The notes beneath the pieces were generated by a model. That model was not told the DNA's origin and did no database searches. It was given only the letters and a program-made list of their open reading frames with translations. The translations under genes and the position numbers were made by a program. This document shows, piece by piece, positions 7,714 to 17,402 of a stretch of DNA of 42,403 nt (the first letter of the stretch is position 1; each line of letters begins with the position of its first letter). Source of the DNA: a virus (lineage: Duplodnaviria; Caudoviricetes); IMG/VR virus record IMGVR_UViG_3300048848_000291, positions 1 to 42,403 of that record; one strand, written 5' to 3'.

Positions 7714-10700
7714 GACTTGATCACTATCGTTCCTGCGTTGATGTCGATGGTCATCTTGCCGTCAGGGCTCGTAATAAGCCCCGCCTTCACAGTGCCAATG
7801 CTGGCAATCGCCAGCACCAACTCGCCGCCCTCAAAGACGAAAGGCTGCTTTTTCGAGCTCCCGTTCAGGATTGCGAAACGGTCGGCATTGACGAGGAACT
7901 GCGTCGGCTCTGACACGTCGGTTGGGACGTCCATGTACCAGCCGGCGGTTCGCCACCCCGCACCACTTGAAACCCGGGCTTGTGCCGCTATACGGGCAAA
8001 CCCGGTCGGTCCGGAGGTGGCCGTCATCCGGAACCGGGCATCAGCCGAGACGTCGTCTACCCGCGACGTCACTGTCGACAGGCTGTCCGATACCGCCTCA
8101 ATCTCGCCTTCCGCGGTGCTTACGCGGGTAGTGAGCGCAGTAAGTGCTGAAGCGCTCGCCTTCGTTCCAACCACACCCTCAAGGTTGCCGAGATCGCTCT
8201 GAAGTGAGGTGATCGCGCTAGAGGCGCTACTGATGTTGGCTTCCGCGGACGATACGCGCGTAGTGAGTGCAGTGAGAGCCGATGCACTGGCTTTAGTGCC
8301 CACCACTGTAGTGAGACTGCCTAGATCACTCTGCAGCGATGTAATGGCACTCGACGCACTGCTAATGTTTCCTTCGGCTGCTGTTACGCGCGTGCTGAGA
8401 GCGCTCAACGCAGTCGAAGTCGCAAGGCCTGGCAACACCGACTGCACCTGAGTTACGGCTCGGGCTACGATATCGATGCTGTTGTTGGTCAGGGTTATCT
8501 TGGTGTCGAGGACGTCACTTGCGTCCGCAGTGACCTTCAGCGCACCCATTGTGCCAAGGAAATTGGCGAAGTCCTGTTCGATCGTCTCGCTGGCAAGCGG
8601 CCATATTTCGTTTCGGACAGCTCGAATATCGCCACCCTGCGAAACTAGCCCACCACCGCCCAGAGCCTCGACCTCAGCCGACAACTCATTGACGACATCG
8701 ATACCCGCTTTACCATCGAGTGAGACGGCTAGCGCATCGAGCGAAGTTGCCTGCGCGTTGATCAGCCCCTCGTTATCGGTTACGCGGGCTTCGAGGACCG
8801 AAACGCCTGTAGCGACTGCACCAAGACCGGTCTCCGGATCGTTGAACTCCGCTTCAAGAGCAACGAGACTGCTTGCGATTGCTTCGTCCTGATCGATCCT
8901 GGCAAGGCGCTCGGCTGCCAGCTCAGCACGGGAGGCACCGGGGGACGGAGCGCCGACCGAGATCCAGTCGATGATGAAGTAGTCCGTAGCAGTCTGGGCC
9001 GCTGAGAGGTCGATCCTGATCTGCGCAATCAAGCCGGACCATTCCGGGTTGAACGTGATCAGCCCGATACTGTTGGCATCATAGGCAGGTTCACCGACGA
9101 CCGCGCGGCGCGCCGTGTCCCATGTGCTGTCGGTGGATGCCTTCCAGTAGCAATACCCCTCCCATACGGGCGAGCCGAACTTGCGGATGCGCAACCTGAC
9201 TTGCCGATACTTCGCGGCCATGACCTCAATAGCAGGCGAAGCTACATAGGGGTCCGTCGCAGCATTTGCCGGTCGTAGAAAGCCCGAGGCGACTGTCGGC
9301 GTGCCGTTGCCAGTCCAGCCGGAAGCGTCGACCTCGAAGTCCCATAGGTTGACAGGGTCAAACTGGTTGTCCGTGCCGGCCGATAGAAGCGAGATCTGTT
9401 GGGCAAGCGCAAGATCTCCATCGACGCGGGCTTCGTCAATATCGGTGATCTGCGCCGCGATGCTGCTGGTCGAAGCTTCCAGCGTTGTCACGCGCTGCGA
9501 TACCGCTGATGTATTCGAGGCTGCTACCGTGATCCGTTCTTCGAAAGATGCAAACCCACCTTCGACGCGAGCGGTTATGGCCTGGCGAAGCTGCTCCTTG
9601 TCCCGGTAGTTTGCGAAATCCTGGTCGGCTGCATAATCGCGTATCGCCGACATCTCATCCAAGATCGAGCGATATCGCGTTGCGCTTTCGATCGCGCCCG
9701 TAACCCGGCCGTCGATCTCGCTCGATAGGTCGACGACTGTCTGATCGACGATGTCCTTCAACCCTGCGTCGATCCACTCCTGCAGCTCTTCTAGCTTCTG
9801 CTGGATGTCTTCAGACAGGTTCTCAAGATCAACGAGGAAACTACTACCACCCTCGATAGAGGTCGCTGAGACCGGGCCGACCCAGCTCGTCGCCCGGTCG
9901 GCTACCAGCTTGTGACGGAACTTGTAGTCGGTGACGCTGAGAATGCCTTCCTGAACGAGGGCGATGGTTTCATCAGCTTCGACACGACGGCGAAACTTGT
10001 TCTGCGGGGCCCCATCGACCCACCACTCGAAGACAACAGCCTGCACCGTGACGTCGTCGATCGCGGACCAGGACAAGCGGAAAGCAGGATATGACCTGCC
10101 ATCAGCACCCGTCGCCACCACGGCGATGATTGCCCAGTCCTGAAGCTCGTTCAGATAGACAGGGTCACCGTTCGGGATCGGCACGACAGGCGCGATGAGG
10201 CCCGCCTTCGCATAGATCGCGGCATCACGCTCCTGCAGAGACAGAATGACATTGCGCGGCCCGTCGCTGGTCAGGGCGCGGATCGAGCGCGAACGGACGA
10301 TGTAGACGCGGTCGCCGTAGCGCGCCGAGTTCCAGCGGACCCAGTGGCCTACCTTGACCGTCTGGAAGCGCGGCCGCAGCACGATTTCGGCTGTCGCCTC
10401 ATAACGGTTCTCGTTGTAGTAGATCGACGCCAGCTGGTTTGCCTGGCGCTTGCTACGGACAGTGTCAAAGTTGATCTGAACATCACGAGTGCGGCGATCG
10501 AGCGAGACCTGCGTCGGATTGCTTTGCTGGTCGTAGCCGACCGGAGACCAGAGGTTGCCTGGATCCAGATAGGTGCCGGAGACCGAGTTCGTGAGTTCGG
10601 CCATCGAGCGACGACGCTGGAAGCTGATTGGCTCTGTCGTGATCAGGTCGTCGTCAGTGAACGTCTCGACGATGGGCTGCACCGACCCGATGATCGGCCA

Positions 10701-11645
10701 CGAACCTTCGACCCCGTCAACGACGATCCCGCCGCAAGACGTCATGACCGCGTCGATATTGTCGCCATGGTCGACGTCGGCGTCAAAGATGATCGAGCAG
10801 CGATAGCGCGGCTCACCGTCGACGATCTCGTCGCAGAGATTTGCAGCCACCACATAGCGGTCGAAGGGCAGATCCGCCTCTGCCATATCCATGCCGAGAA
10901 ACAGGTCGCCATTCCACGAGAAGCCGCGGCGATAATTATAGTCCTGCACGATAGGGTTTTCGGAGAATTCGTAGGTGGCATACTGCCCGAAGCGATGCGC
11001 ACCGGAGCCACCGATCGAGCTATCCTTACGGAAATCGTAGAGGCGAGCGCCGCGGATCTCGAAGAAGAACTCCGGGAACTGGGCAAGCTTCTCCTGGTCG
11101 TACGTCAGCCGGACGATCAGATAGCAGATACCGCTACCGACGTTGACAGACTTCCATCTGTCCACCGGGTTGCTGTTGGTAACGAGGCCCTGGTCTGCTG
11201 CCGTCTGCGTTCCGTCGTAGAACACAAAGGACATGCGGCCTTCATAGTCGCCACCGTCGACCGTGTAGTTTTTGTTATCCGTGGACAGCAGCTTGAGCTG
11301 CTTGCCGCCTGCCCAGATCTTGGAAAGGCCATCGGAGGGAAAGTCCGACAGGACATAGATCTGCTCGAGGTGCTTGTTCGACGTGCCATACGTGTTGACG
11401 TAGCAGTCATGACCAGCAATGCCGACCAAGCCGCACGGGACCTTGCGGCTGACGTTCTCGCCGTATTCCTTGTCGAACTGCGTTCCGCTTGCCTGCTTGC
11501 TGGCTTTCTTCGCCTGGCTTGCCTGGATCTTGGCCGCCACGAAATTGAGGCCAATACCGATCGCGGCCGACGCCAGGCTAACGCCAACCGAGCCCAGCCC
11601 AATAATGCCGCCGATCGCGCCGACGACTGCAGAGATGAATGGCAT
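7710..11645 (-). CDS. Tail tip / host-specificity protein (J-like central fibre)
   Basis: 1311 aa; GARLYDFRKDS, SENP, coiled-coil repeats, C-terminal FLVNADRFAI...PFVFEGG. Confidence 0.9.
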   Translation of the reverse strand: MPFISAVVGAIGGIIGLGSVGVSLASAAIGIGLNFVAAKIQASQAKKASKQASGTQFDKEYGENVSRKVPCGLVGIAGHDCYVNTYGTSNKHLEQIYVLSDFPSDGLSKIWAGGKQLKLLSTDNKNYTVDGGDYEGRMSFVFYDGTQTAADQGLVTNSNPVDRWKSVNVGSGICYLIVRLTYDQEKLAQFPEFFFEIRGARLYDFRKDSSIGGSGAHRFGQYATYEFSENPIVQDYNYRRGFSWNGDLFLGMDMAEADLPFDRYVVAANLCDEIVDGEPRYRCSIIFDADVDHGDNIDAVMTSCGGIVVDGVEGSWPIIGSVQPIVETFTDDDLITTEPISFQRRRSMAELTNSVSGTYLDPGNLWSPVGYDQQSNPTQVSLDRRTRDVQINFDTVRSKRQANQLASIYYNENRYEATAEIVLRPRFQTVKVGHWVRWNSARYGDRVYIVRSRSIRALTSDGPRNVILSLQERDAAIYAKAGLIAPVVPIPNGDPVYLNELQDWAIIAVVATGADGRSYPAFRLSWSAIDDVTVQAVVFEWWVDGAPQNKFRRRVEADETIALVQEGILSVTDYKFRHKLVADRATSWVGPVSATSIEGGSSFLVDLENLSEDIQQKLEELQEWIDAGLKDIVDQTVVDLSSEIDGRVTGAIESATRYRSILDEMSAIRDYAADQDFANYRDKEQLRQAITARVEGGFASFEERITVAASNTSAVSQRVTTLEASTSSIAAQITDIDEARVDGDLALAQQISLLSAGTDNQFDPVNLWDFEVDASGWTGNGTPTVASGFLRPANAATDPYVASPAIEVMAAKYRQVRLRIRKFGSPVWEGYCYWKASTDSTWDTARRAVVGEPAYDANSIGLITFNPEWSGLIAQIRIDLSAAQTATDYFIIDWISVGAPSPGASRAELAAERLARIDQDEAIASSLVALEAEFNDPETGLGAVATGVSVLEARVTDNEGLINAQATSLDALAVSLDGKAGIDVVNELSAEVEALGGGGLVSQGGDIRAVRNEIWPLASETIEQDFANFLGTMGALKVTADASDVLDTKITLTNNSIDIVARAVTQVQSVLPGLATSTALSALSTRVTAAEGNISSASSAITSLQSDLGSLTTVVGTKASASALTALTTRVSSAEANISSASSAITSLQSDLGNLEGVVGTKASASALTALTTRVSTAEGEIEAVSDSLSTVTSRVDDVSADARFRMTATSGPTGFARIAAQARVSSGAGWRTAGWYMDVPTDVSEPTQFLVNADRFAILNGSSKKQPFVFEGGELVLAIASIGTVKAGLITSPDGKMTIDINAGTIVIKS
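8095..8425 (-). repeat. About 2.5 copies of a 132-bp (44-aa) repeat in the tail tip gene
   Basis: KASASALTALTTRVSxAExxISSASSAITSLQSDLGxL units; Lys codons at 8160-8162 and 8292-8294 are 132 bp apart. Confidence 0.85.
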
Positions 11646-12107
11646 TTATCGAACCTTGTATGCGCGCGCGACAGCCGAGATCGGCAGGAACTGCAGGTCA
11701 TAGCCAGCCGTGACTTCGACTCGCTTGCGGCCTTGACGCTCGACGTGCCCGTAGATCGTCCGGACGGCAAAGCCGATCGAGGTGAAGACGCCGCAGGACA
11801 CACCGCCCTCGCGCTCGATCACACCGACATCGCCACGGTGAGCGAGAACTGGCGCGAAAGGCTCGCCCAGGGCCTCGGCAAGAGCCTCCTCGACGGTCAG
11901 CTTGAAGCCCGCCTTGCGGAACACCTTGTAGCCTTCGGCTTCCGTCGAATACGTCTGCAGGTTCGCAAAGATCCGCTCGCCCGAGACGGCCTCGATCGCG
12001 TCCATTGCCATAATCCAGCAATCGGACTTGCCCCACTCTCCGGGCATGGCCTGGTGTTTCGCCACAACGTCGTTGAGGCGATTTTCCCAATCAGGATGTC
12101 TGGTCAT
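11646..12107 (-). CDS. NlpC/P60-like tail protein (DUF6950-like)
   Basis: MTRHPDWENRL...WGKSDC...AHRGDVG. Confidence 0.8.
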   Translation of the reverse strand: MTRHPDWENRLNDVVAKHQAMPGEWGKSDCWIMAMDAIEAVSGERIFANLQTYSTEAEGYKVFRKAGFKLTVEEALAEALGEPFAPVLAHRGDVGVIEREGGVSCGVFTSIGFAVRTIYGHVERQGRKRVEVTAGYDLQFLPISAVARAYKVR

Positions 12108-12108
12108 G

Positions 12109-12693
12109 TCAGGTCTTTCCGGCTTTTCGGCCCCAGAACACTTCCTCGCGTCCGGCCTTTGCAGCGTGCTCGAAGAACTTGTCGGTCGGAGAGCGGCGCC
12201 TCTGATCGGCAACATTGCGGTATCGGCCATTCTTGCGGCTGTAGTCGAGCTGACGACCTTCGCATTGAGCCGTCAGCTTGAAGCCCGTCTCCGGGTCCAT
12301 CTCATGGCTGATGACATCGAGGTAGCCGCGAGCGACGATCTCGACCTGCAGCAAGGCTCCGGTATCAGGATGGAAGTGGGCGTCCATGACGGTGACAGGA
12401 CGATCTCGATAGTCCTCATTCTCGATTTGCATGAGGACCGCAGGTGTGAGACCGTCGTTCGCGCTCTCGACAAGCGTGAGGGTGAAGCTGTCATCCGCCG
12501 TGGTCCCCATACCGCCATTGATGTCGGAGACCTCGATCAGGCCGAACGGCTTATAGATCAATCCGGCATATTCGAATTCGTCGGACCGGGCGATGAAGCC
12601 GTAGGCACCGCTTCCGAAGAGAAAGCGGATCATCTGTCGCGTCGAGATGCGCCCCTCGTCGTAGAGCGCTTTGACTTCGGCCGAAAGGCTCAT
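12109..12693 (-). CDS. Minor tail / hub protein
   Basis: Position; C-terminal DQRRRSPTDKFFEH...VFWG. Confidence 0.75.
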   Translation of the reverse strand: MSLSAEVKALYDEGRISTRQMIRFLFGSGAYGFIARSDEFEYAGLIYKPFGLIEVSDINGGMGTTADDSFTLTLVESANDGLTPAVLMQIENEDYRDRPVTVMDAHFHPDTGALLQVEIVARGYLDVISHEMDPETGFKLTAQCEGRQLDYSRKNGRYRNVADQRRRSPTDKFFEHAAKAGREEVFWGRKAGKT

Positions 12694-13307
12694 ACCCCCT
12701 CCACCAACTTGAAGGACACGGTGTAACGCCCGTTGCTATGTTGAACGTCCCAGCTGCCTGGGACAGGACGCATCACGAGCGCCGGCTTTGCGAAGCGAAC
12801 GACAGCCGTCGCCTGGGCAACGACCGAGAACGGCGGAGGGTCAATCGTAATGGTGCGGGTCGTACCGGTTCCTGAGAACTCGGTCACACGGCCGATGTGA
12901 TAGCGGCCGGCCCGTTCGAGCCCGATACGGTCACCGATGCTGAGCGACAAAGCCGTCGCCACGCTGTTGACCGTCAAGATGTTGCCGCTCGCCACAGACA
13001 CGAGGTTGCCGGGATCATCGGCCGGCACCTGGTTTGTGACGTGGTTCTTCGGGTAGTAGAAGTGTGGATGACGGAAGAGAACGCGGCGAAGGCCATCCCG
13101 CAGCGACAGCCACCAGGCCTCGACTTCGGCATAGCTGCTCGCGCGAAGGGACTTTGTCACGAGAGTTGCCTCCCATGCCGGATCTGTCGTCTGGGAATAG
13201 TTGATCAGCCGAGCGCCGGATGGTGAGGCCTTTACGCCATCTCGGAGAACGAAGGCAGCCGTCACGTAATCGACAGCAGGGATCTCGCGGGGAAAGGTGA
13301 TCGCCAT
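12690..13307 (-). CDS. Distal tail protein
   Basis: Directly after the tape measure; AWWLSLRDG motif. Confidence 0.7.
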   Translation of the reverse strand: MAITFPREIPAVDYVTAAFVLRDGVKASPSGARLINYSQTTDPAWEATLVTKSLRASSYAEVEAWWLSLRDGLRRVLFRHPHFYYPKNHVTNQVPADDPGNLVSVASGNILTVNSVATALSLSIGDRIGLERAGRYHIGRVTEFSGTGTTRTITIDPPPFSVVAQATAVVRFAKPALVMRPVPGSWDVQHSNGRYTVSFKLVEGV

Positions 13308-15520
13308 TAGATCGTACGCCTTTTCTGCGCATTCTTCACGGATGCCACAACTTGCGCCGGTAGGTCCGCTTTCAGCTGCGCGATCTGACGTTCGACCCGC
13401 GCGAGGCCAGCACTGTCGGCACCTGTTGCATCGATTTGGATCGGCATCGACACTGTGACGCCAGCTCCGCCCATCGCTTTCGGGATCTTCGGGATCACCT
13501 GCGCGCCGCGTGGAAGGTTAACAAGCTCCGGCCCCTTTTCACCGACAACGGCAACGCCGCCGGGTGCGAAGTTCGTGCCTTTCGCGAACCCGGGTACAGC
13601 GCCGAGCACAGCGCCGAGTGTCGTATTTGCCTTGAAGCCGCTACCGCCGCCACCGAAGAGCCCGAGCAACCCAGAAAGGAACCCGCCACCACCGCCGCCT
13701 GCGTTGTTGACCTTGAAAAGGCTATCGAGGACATCGTTGATCAACGCATCACCGATCTTCTTGAGGCTGGACACCAGGATGTCGCCGGCCTCGGCGCCTT
13801 CCGTGAAGCCGTCAATGATACCGCGGGTAACGTCCTTCGCTGTCGCCAAGGCGTCTTCCGCACGCTGGCGTATCTCATCCTGCTTTTCCGCGAGCCGTTC
13901 GGACTCGACGACCGCCAGGGCGTAGGACGTCGAAAGGTTCTCGATCTCTTTCGCAAGTTCCGGCGTGACCTTCTTGCCGGCTTCCTGGGCTGCTGTAAGC
14001 AGTTCCTGCTTTGATCGCGCCTTTTCGATGGCGAAGCCATAGTCGTTGATCAGTGGATTGACCATGCTCTGCGCGGTCGTCTCAGCAGCAAGCGCCTTGG
14101 TGCGCTCTTGGATCTGCTTGGTCTCGCGGGCGTAATCATCCTCTTTGGCCGATTTAGCTTTCGAGCCGCCGCCGCCTCTACCGACAGGAGGCTTGAAGTC
14201 GTTCACCGAAACGGGCTTGACCTCGGCGGCACGGCGCCGTGCACCGCCGCGCCGACCGGACCCGCCCATTTGTCCGTTCGTGCCAGCGTCAGACCCACCC
14301 GGCACGGCCTCGAAACCATTCTCACCAATTCGGTATCCGTCGATAAATGCGGGCAGGTTCGCAGCCTGAGCACGAAGCCTGGTCAGTTGGGCCTGCACCT
14401 CTTGAATGCGGGCCAGAGCTTCCTTGTTATCAAAACCCAGCTCGGTATTCACACCGAGCCGCTGTTGCAGCAGTTCGAGCTCTCGCTCAAGGCCCGCTAT
14501 CTTTGTCTGCGCCTCCCCAACGGCAGGGTTCAGAACATTTCCCTGAGTGTCGGAAATCCCAAACATCTGGCTGAGGCTATCTGGTAATTTGATGCCGGCA
14601 AAAAAGTTTTCGAGTTCGGCACGCCCACTACGAAGCTTATTGATAAGGCTTGCTACGTCGAAATCGGCGACGACTTTGGCCGCCGAATTGATACCGTTTG
14701 CAAAGTTCTTGCTCGCTCCCGTCGAGTTGTTGAACTCCTTAACCAGGTCGATCAAGGCCGACTTCATGTTCTCGGATGCCTGCTCGATTGTGAATACCGA
14801 ACCCTTGACCTTCTCCTGAAGGACAGGTGCGCCTGCTTCGAAAGCACGGAAGAACGCTTCGGACGAGATTTTCCCGTCAACAACAAGGCCCTTCAGCCGG
14901 GAAACTGAGCCGCCTGCCTCCTTCAATCCGGCCGCCACCGCCTGAGCTATCGTCGGCGCCCCTTCAAGGATCGAGTTGAACTCTTCTGCCTGCACCTTGC
15001 CTGCGCCAAGGGCTTGCCCAAGCTGCAAGAGAGCGCCACTGGCCGACGCTGCGTCTGTTCCTGCTACGCGGAGAGCGAGAGCCACGTTGTTGGTGAACCC
15101 AATCAGTTCATCAGTTGTGACACCAAGTTCTTTCTGATTCTGGGCAGCTTTCCCGTACAATGCCGCAAGCGTCTCGATTGGCGCCCCGTTCTCTACGGCT
15201 GCTTTGCTGAGTCGCTGGTACACGCGCTCGAGCTCTTCGCCAGACAGACCTGCCACCTTGAGGGAGTTGTCGATGCGTGTCGCTGCATCAGACAATGTCA
15301 CCGCACTGCGAATGACTTCAGAAGCCAAAAATGCGCCAGCGATTTGGGCGCCAGTACGAGCAAACGAAGCAGCGATTGCCCGACTGCTTGTGGTGGCTTG
15401 CTTTTGCATGGCGCCAAGGCGGCGGTTTGTCACGCCCTGCGCCCGGCTCATGGCGTTCTCGTACTTTTTGATGTCAGCCGAGAGCTGCACCACCAGACGT
15501 TCAAGGTCGGTTGCGGCCAT
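13307..15520 (-). CDS. Tape measure protein
   Basis: 737 aa, Ala-rich; ALLQLGQALG...AEEFNSILE; GFAKG...VGEKGPEL. Confidence 0.93.
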   Translation of the reverse strand: MAATDLERLVVQLSADIKKYENAMSRAQGVTNRRLGAMQKQATTSSRAIAASFARTGAQIAGAFLASEVIRSAVTLSDAATRIDNSLKVAGLSGEELERVYQRLSKAAVENGAPIETLAALYGKAAQNQKELGVTTDELIGFTNNVALALRVAGTDAASASGALLQLGQALGAGKVQAEEFNSILEGAPTIAQAVAAGLKEAGGSVSRLKGLVVDGKISSEAFFRAFEAGAPVLQEKVKGSVFTIEQASENMKSALIDLVKEFNNSTGASKNFANGINSAAKVVADFDVASLINKLRSGRAELENFFAGIKLPDSLSQMFGISDTQGNVLNPAVGEAQTKIAGLERELELLQQRLGVNTELGFDNKEALARIQEVQAQLTRLRAQAANLPAFIDGYRIGENGFEAVPGGSDAGTNGQMGGSGRRGGARRRAAEVKPVSVNDFKPPVGRGGGGSKAKSAKEDDYARETKQIQERTKALAAETTAQSMVNPLINDYGFAIEKARSKQELLTAAQEAGKKVTPELAKEIENLSTSYALAVVESERLAEKQDEIRQRAEDALATAKDVTRGIIDGFTEGAEAGDILVSSLKKIGDALINDVLDSLFKVNNAGGGGGGFLSGLLGLFGGGGSGFKANTTLGAVLGAVPGFAKGTNFAPGGVAVVGEKGPELVNLPRGAQVIPKIPKAMGGAGVTVSMPIQIDATGADSAGLARVERQIAQLKADLPAQVVASVKNAQKRRTI

Positions 15521-15579
15521 GCGTTGGTTCTCATACGTTCGAGAGCGGAGACGTACCGCTATGAATAAGGATTACTCAA

Positions 15580-15852
15580 ATGTTTCATCGAAACTGGCGT
15601 CAGGTAGCGCTACACGTGGCTATCGCGACAGGAAGTGCTGCCCACGTCTCGGAGGCAGCTGCCGCCGAGACGTACAGCTTGGTACATGCGATCGGGAACC
15701 ATGAACGGGTATCTGCCAAAGGGCTTTCGAAGGCAGATTGCGAAGTTCGGAAAAAAGAACTGAAAGCAATCGCTGAAGCACTCGGCAGCTATAACGAAAA
15801 GGCAGGCAAAGGATCGATAACCTGCCTTCCAGATAGCCTTATGGGCGGCTAG
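15580..15852 (+). CDS. Small secreted protein (moron)
   Basis: Signal-peptide-like N-terminus, two Cys; opposite strand within the tail operon. Confidence 0.65.
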   Translation: MFHRNWRQVALHVAIATGSAAHVSEAAAAETYSLVHAIGNHERVSAKGLSKADCEVRKKELKAIAEALGSYNEKAGKGSITCLPDSLMGG

Positions 15853-15858
15853 TAGCCC

Positions 15859-16122
15859 CTATGCAGGGGATACTGCATCCTTCTCCTGCATCCACTGCCA
15901 AACGTCGTCGACTTCGGAGCTTGAAAGCTTCCCGTCGTCGGCCGTGTTCGCCTGGACGTAGCCATCGATAGCAGCCATGTACTGCCACATAGACATCGCC
16001 CTCACCTGTTGAGGCGAGTATCCTATCGCGGCGCCGGTTCCGTAGATGGCGCCAAACCGGATTTTTCCGTTCGGGAGGTCGTCGACCTTTTGCCCCTCTT
16101 CCGCTTTGGCGCTTCGGGCTCC
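15859..16122 (-). CDS. -1 frame extension of the tail assembly chaperone (GT-type fusion, about 195 aa)
   Basis: Open -1 frame after GGGGGAG (16125-16119): LPNGKIRFGAIYGTGAAIGYSPQQVRAMSMWQYMAAIDGY... Confidence 0.75.
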   Translation of the reverse strand, partial: GARSAKAEEGQKVDDLPNGKIRFGAIYGTGAAIGYSPQQVRAMSMWQYMAAIDGYVQANTADDGKLSSSEVDDVWQWMQEKDAVSPA

Positions 16123-16445
16123 CCCGGCTTTTCATCTGGCGCCCCCATCAGAGCAGCGGATAGAACCGCCAGGGCATGATGGACGCTCTCCATCGGAGGC
16201 CGTTGCTCAACGTAGAAGCGAACCTTCTGTACCGCCTTGTCTGGGGCCATGCCCCCGCCAACGAGACCCATACGGAGTACGTTAGAAATGTCCTGGACGC
16301 GCCATGTCCCGTTGTGGAGCCGTTGCAGGACCACGTATGGTCCAGCGTCGGTCTTTTCCTGCAGCTCTTCCAGCTCGCCCCAGCCGAGGCGAAATTTGAA
16401 ATCGCCGTCGGCCCACGTGAGCGTTATCGAGGCGTCCCGGCTCAT
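16023..16445 (-). CDS. Tail assembly chaperone (GTA gp10-like)
   Basis: WADGDFKFRLGWGELEELQE...RMGLVGGGM; between tail tube and tape measure. Confidence 0.85.
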   Translation of the reverse strand: MSRDASITLTWADGDFKFRLGWGELEELQEKTDAGPYVVLQRLHNGTWRVQDISNVLRMGLVGGGMAPDKAVQKVRFYVEQRPPMESVHHALAVLSAALMGAPDEKPGEPEAPKRKRGKRSTTSRTEKSGLAPSTEPAPR

Positions 16446-16888
16446 ACTGGGATCGTCGTTGTGCGGACGAGCTGGCCGTCGGACTGCATCGAGACGGAGA
16501 TCGTCACGCGGCCTCCGATTTCAGCGCCAAGCTCAAGAGACTCGATGTGCATCTTGCCAGTCCATGTCACGACGCCCGTCGAAAACTCAATCTCCACCTT
16601 CACGGGGACCGAGTCCGTTTTATCGTATGCCGCGAGCCATGTGATCACGGCGGATGCGGCGAGCACGCCCTCGCCCGATACGGATGCTGAAATGTTCTCG
16701 ACATCGCGACCGAGATTGATAGGCGCGTCGGGATCGTCGCAATCAGGAATGGCAACTTCCGAAAGGGATTTGTTCAGCGCAAGCGACTTCGACGTGAAGC
16801 CGCAGGGAGCTGCGTAGACAATGGGAACAGCGCTGTTGCCGAGCAGAACCCGGAATTTTCCAAAACGCGCGGTGACGGGAGGTGCCAT
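16442..16888 (-). CDS. Major tail tube protein
   Basis: APCGFTSKS...IPDCDDPDAP...SVSGEGV; AAGGAG RBS. Confidence 0.88.
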   Translation of the reverse strand: MAPPVTARFGKFRVLLGNSAVPIVYAAPCGFTSKSLALNKSLSEVAIPDCDDPDAPINLGRDVENISASVSGEGVLAASAVITWLAAYDKTDSVPVKVEIEFSTGVVTWTGKMHIESLELGAEIGGRVTISVSMQSDGQLVRTTTIPV

Positions 16889-16937
16889 GGTGTTTCTCCT
16901 TTATGGCAGGGAAGAGCGGCGAACCGCACGATCGTGG

Positions 16938-17402
16938 CTATCGACCTGACGCCACTTCTTTGGCGGCCTTGTTGATAGATCTGTTGATGCGGCTCTTTGC
17001 GCTCCGACGAAGCGCTCGGAAGCTCACATAGAAGAATGGTTGAGCTGGTATCGACGGGATGGTTGAGCCTGTGAACTTACCGCCGGCGGCATGAGACGAC
17101 GTGCCGAACTCGACCCAGCGCGCATAGAACGCCTCACTGTTGCCGGCAAAGATCGTGATCGTCAGTTCGCCCATTTTCGTTTTAACGTTGGCGATTTTGA
17201 TCGACCCTTTCGGCGCTTCGCCGTAAGTCCAACCGATGCTGTCGCGCAGTTTGCCGCTGTCTGATGGCGCTAGAGATTTGGCGAGGTTGACGATATCGTC
17301 AGCCGCCGCTTCCATCGCTTCGCGAATGCGCTGCTTAACCTTGAGCGGCATCCGAGCGAGCTTCTTCTGAAGGCTGCTCAGACCGTCGATCTTGACAGTC
17401 AC
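16938..17402 (-). CDS. HK97 gp10-like tail completion protein
   Basis: APSDSGKLRDSI...YARWVEFGT...AQPFF. Confidence 0.88.
   Translation of the reverse strand: MTVKIDGLSSLQKKLARMPLKVKQRIREAMEAAADDIVNLAKSLAPSDSGKLRDSIGWTYGEAPKGSIKIANVKTKMGELTITIFAGNSEAFYARWVEFGTSSHAAGGKFTGSTIPSIPAQPFFYVSFRALRRSAKSRINRSINKAAKEVASGR

Noticed and set aside
10344-12281. 645-aa plus-strand ORF
   Set aside because: Antisense shadow of tail genes in GC-rich DNA; no recognisable motifs
15527-15540. GTTC-N6-GTTC as an alphaproteobacterial LexA box upstream of the moron
   Set aside because: The consensus spacing is N7; here it is 6
15839-16135. 98-aa Arg-rich ORF from the track as the chaperone extension
   Set aside because: Wrong frame; the protein-like extension is the -1 frame ending at 15859
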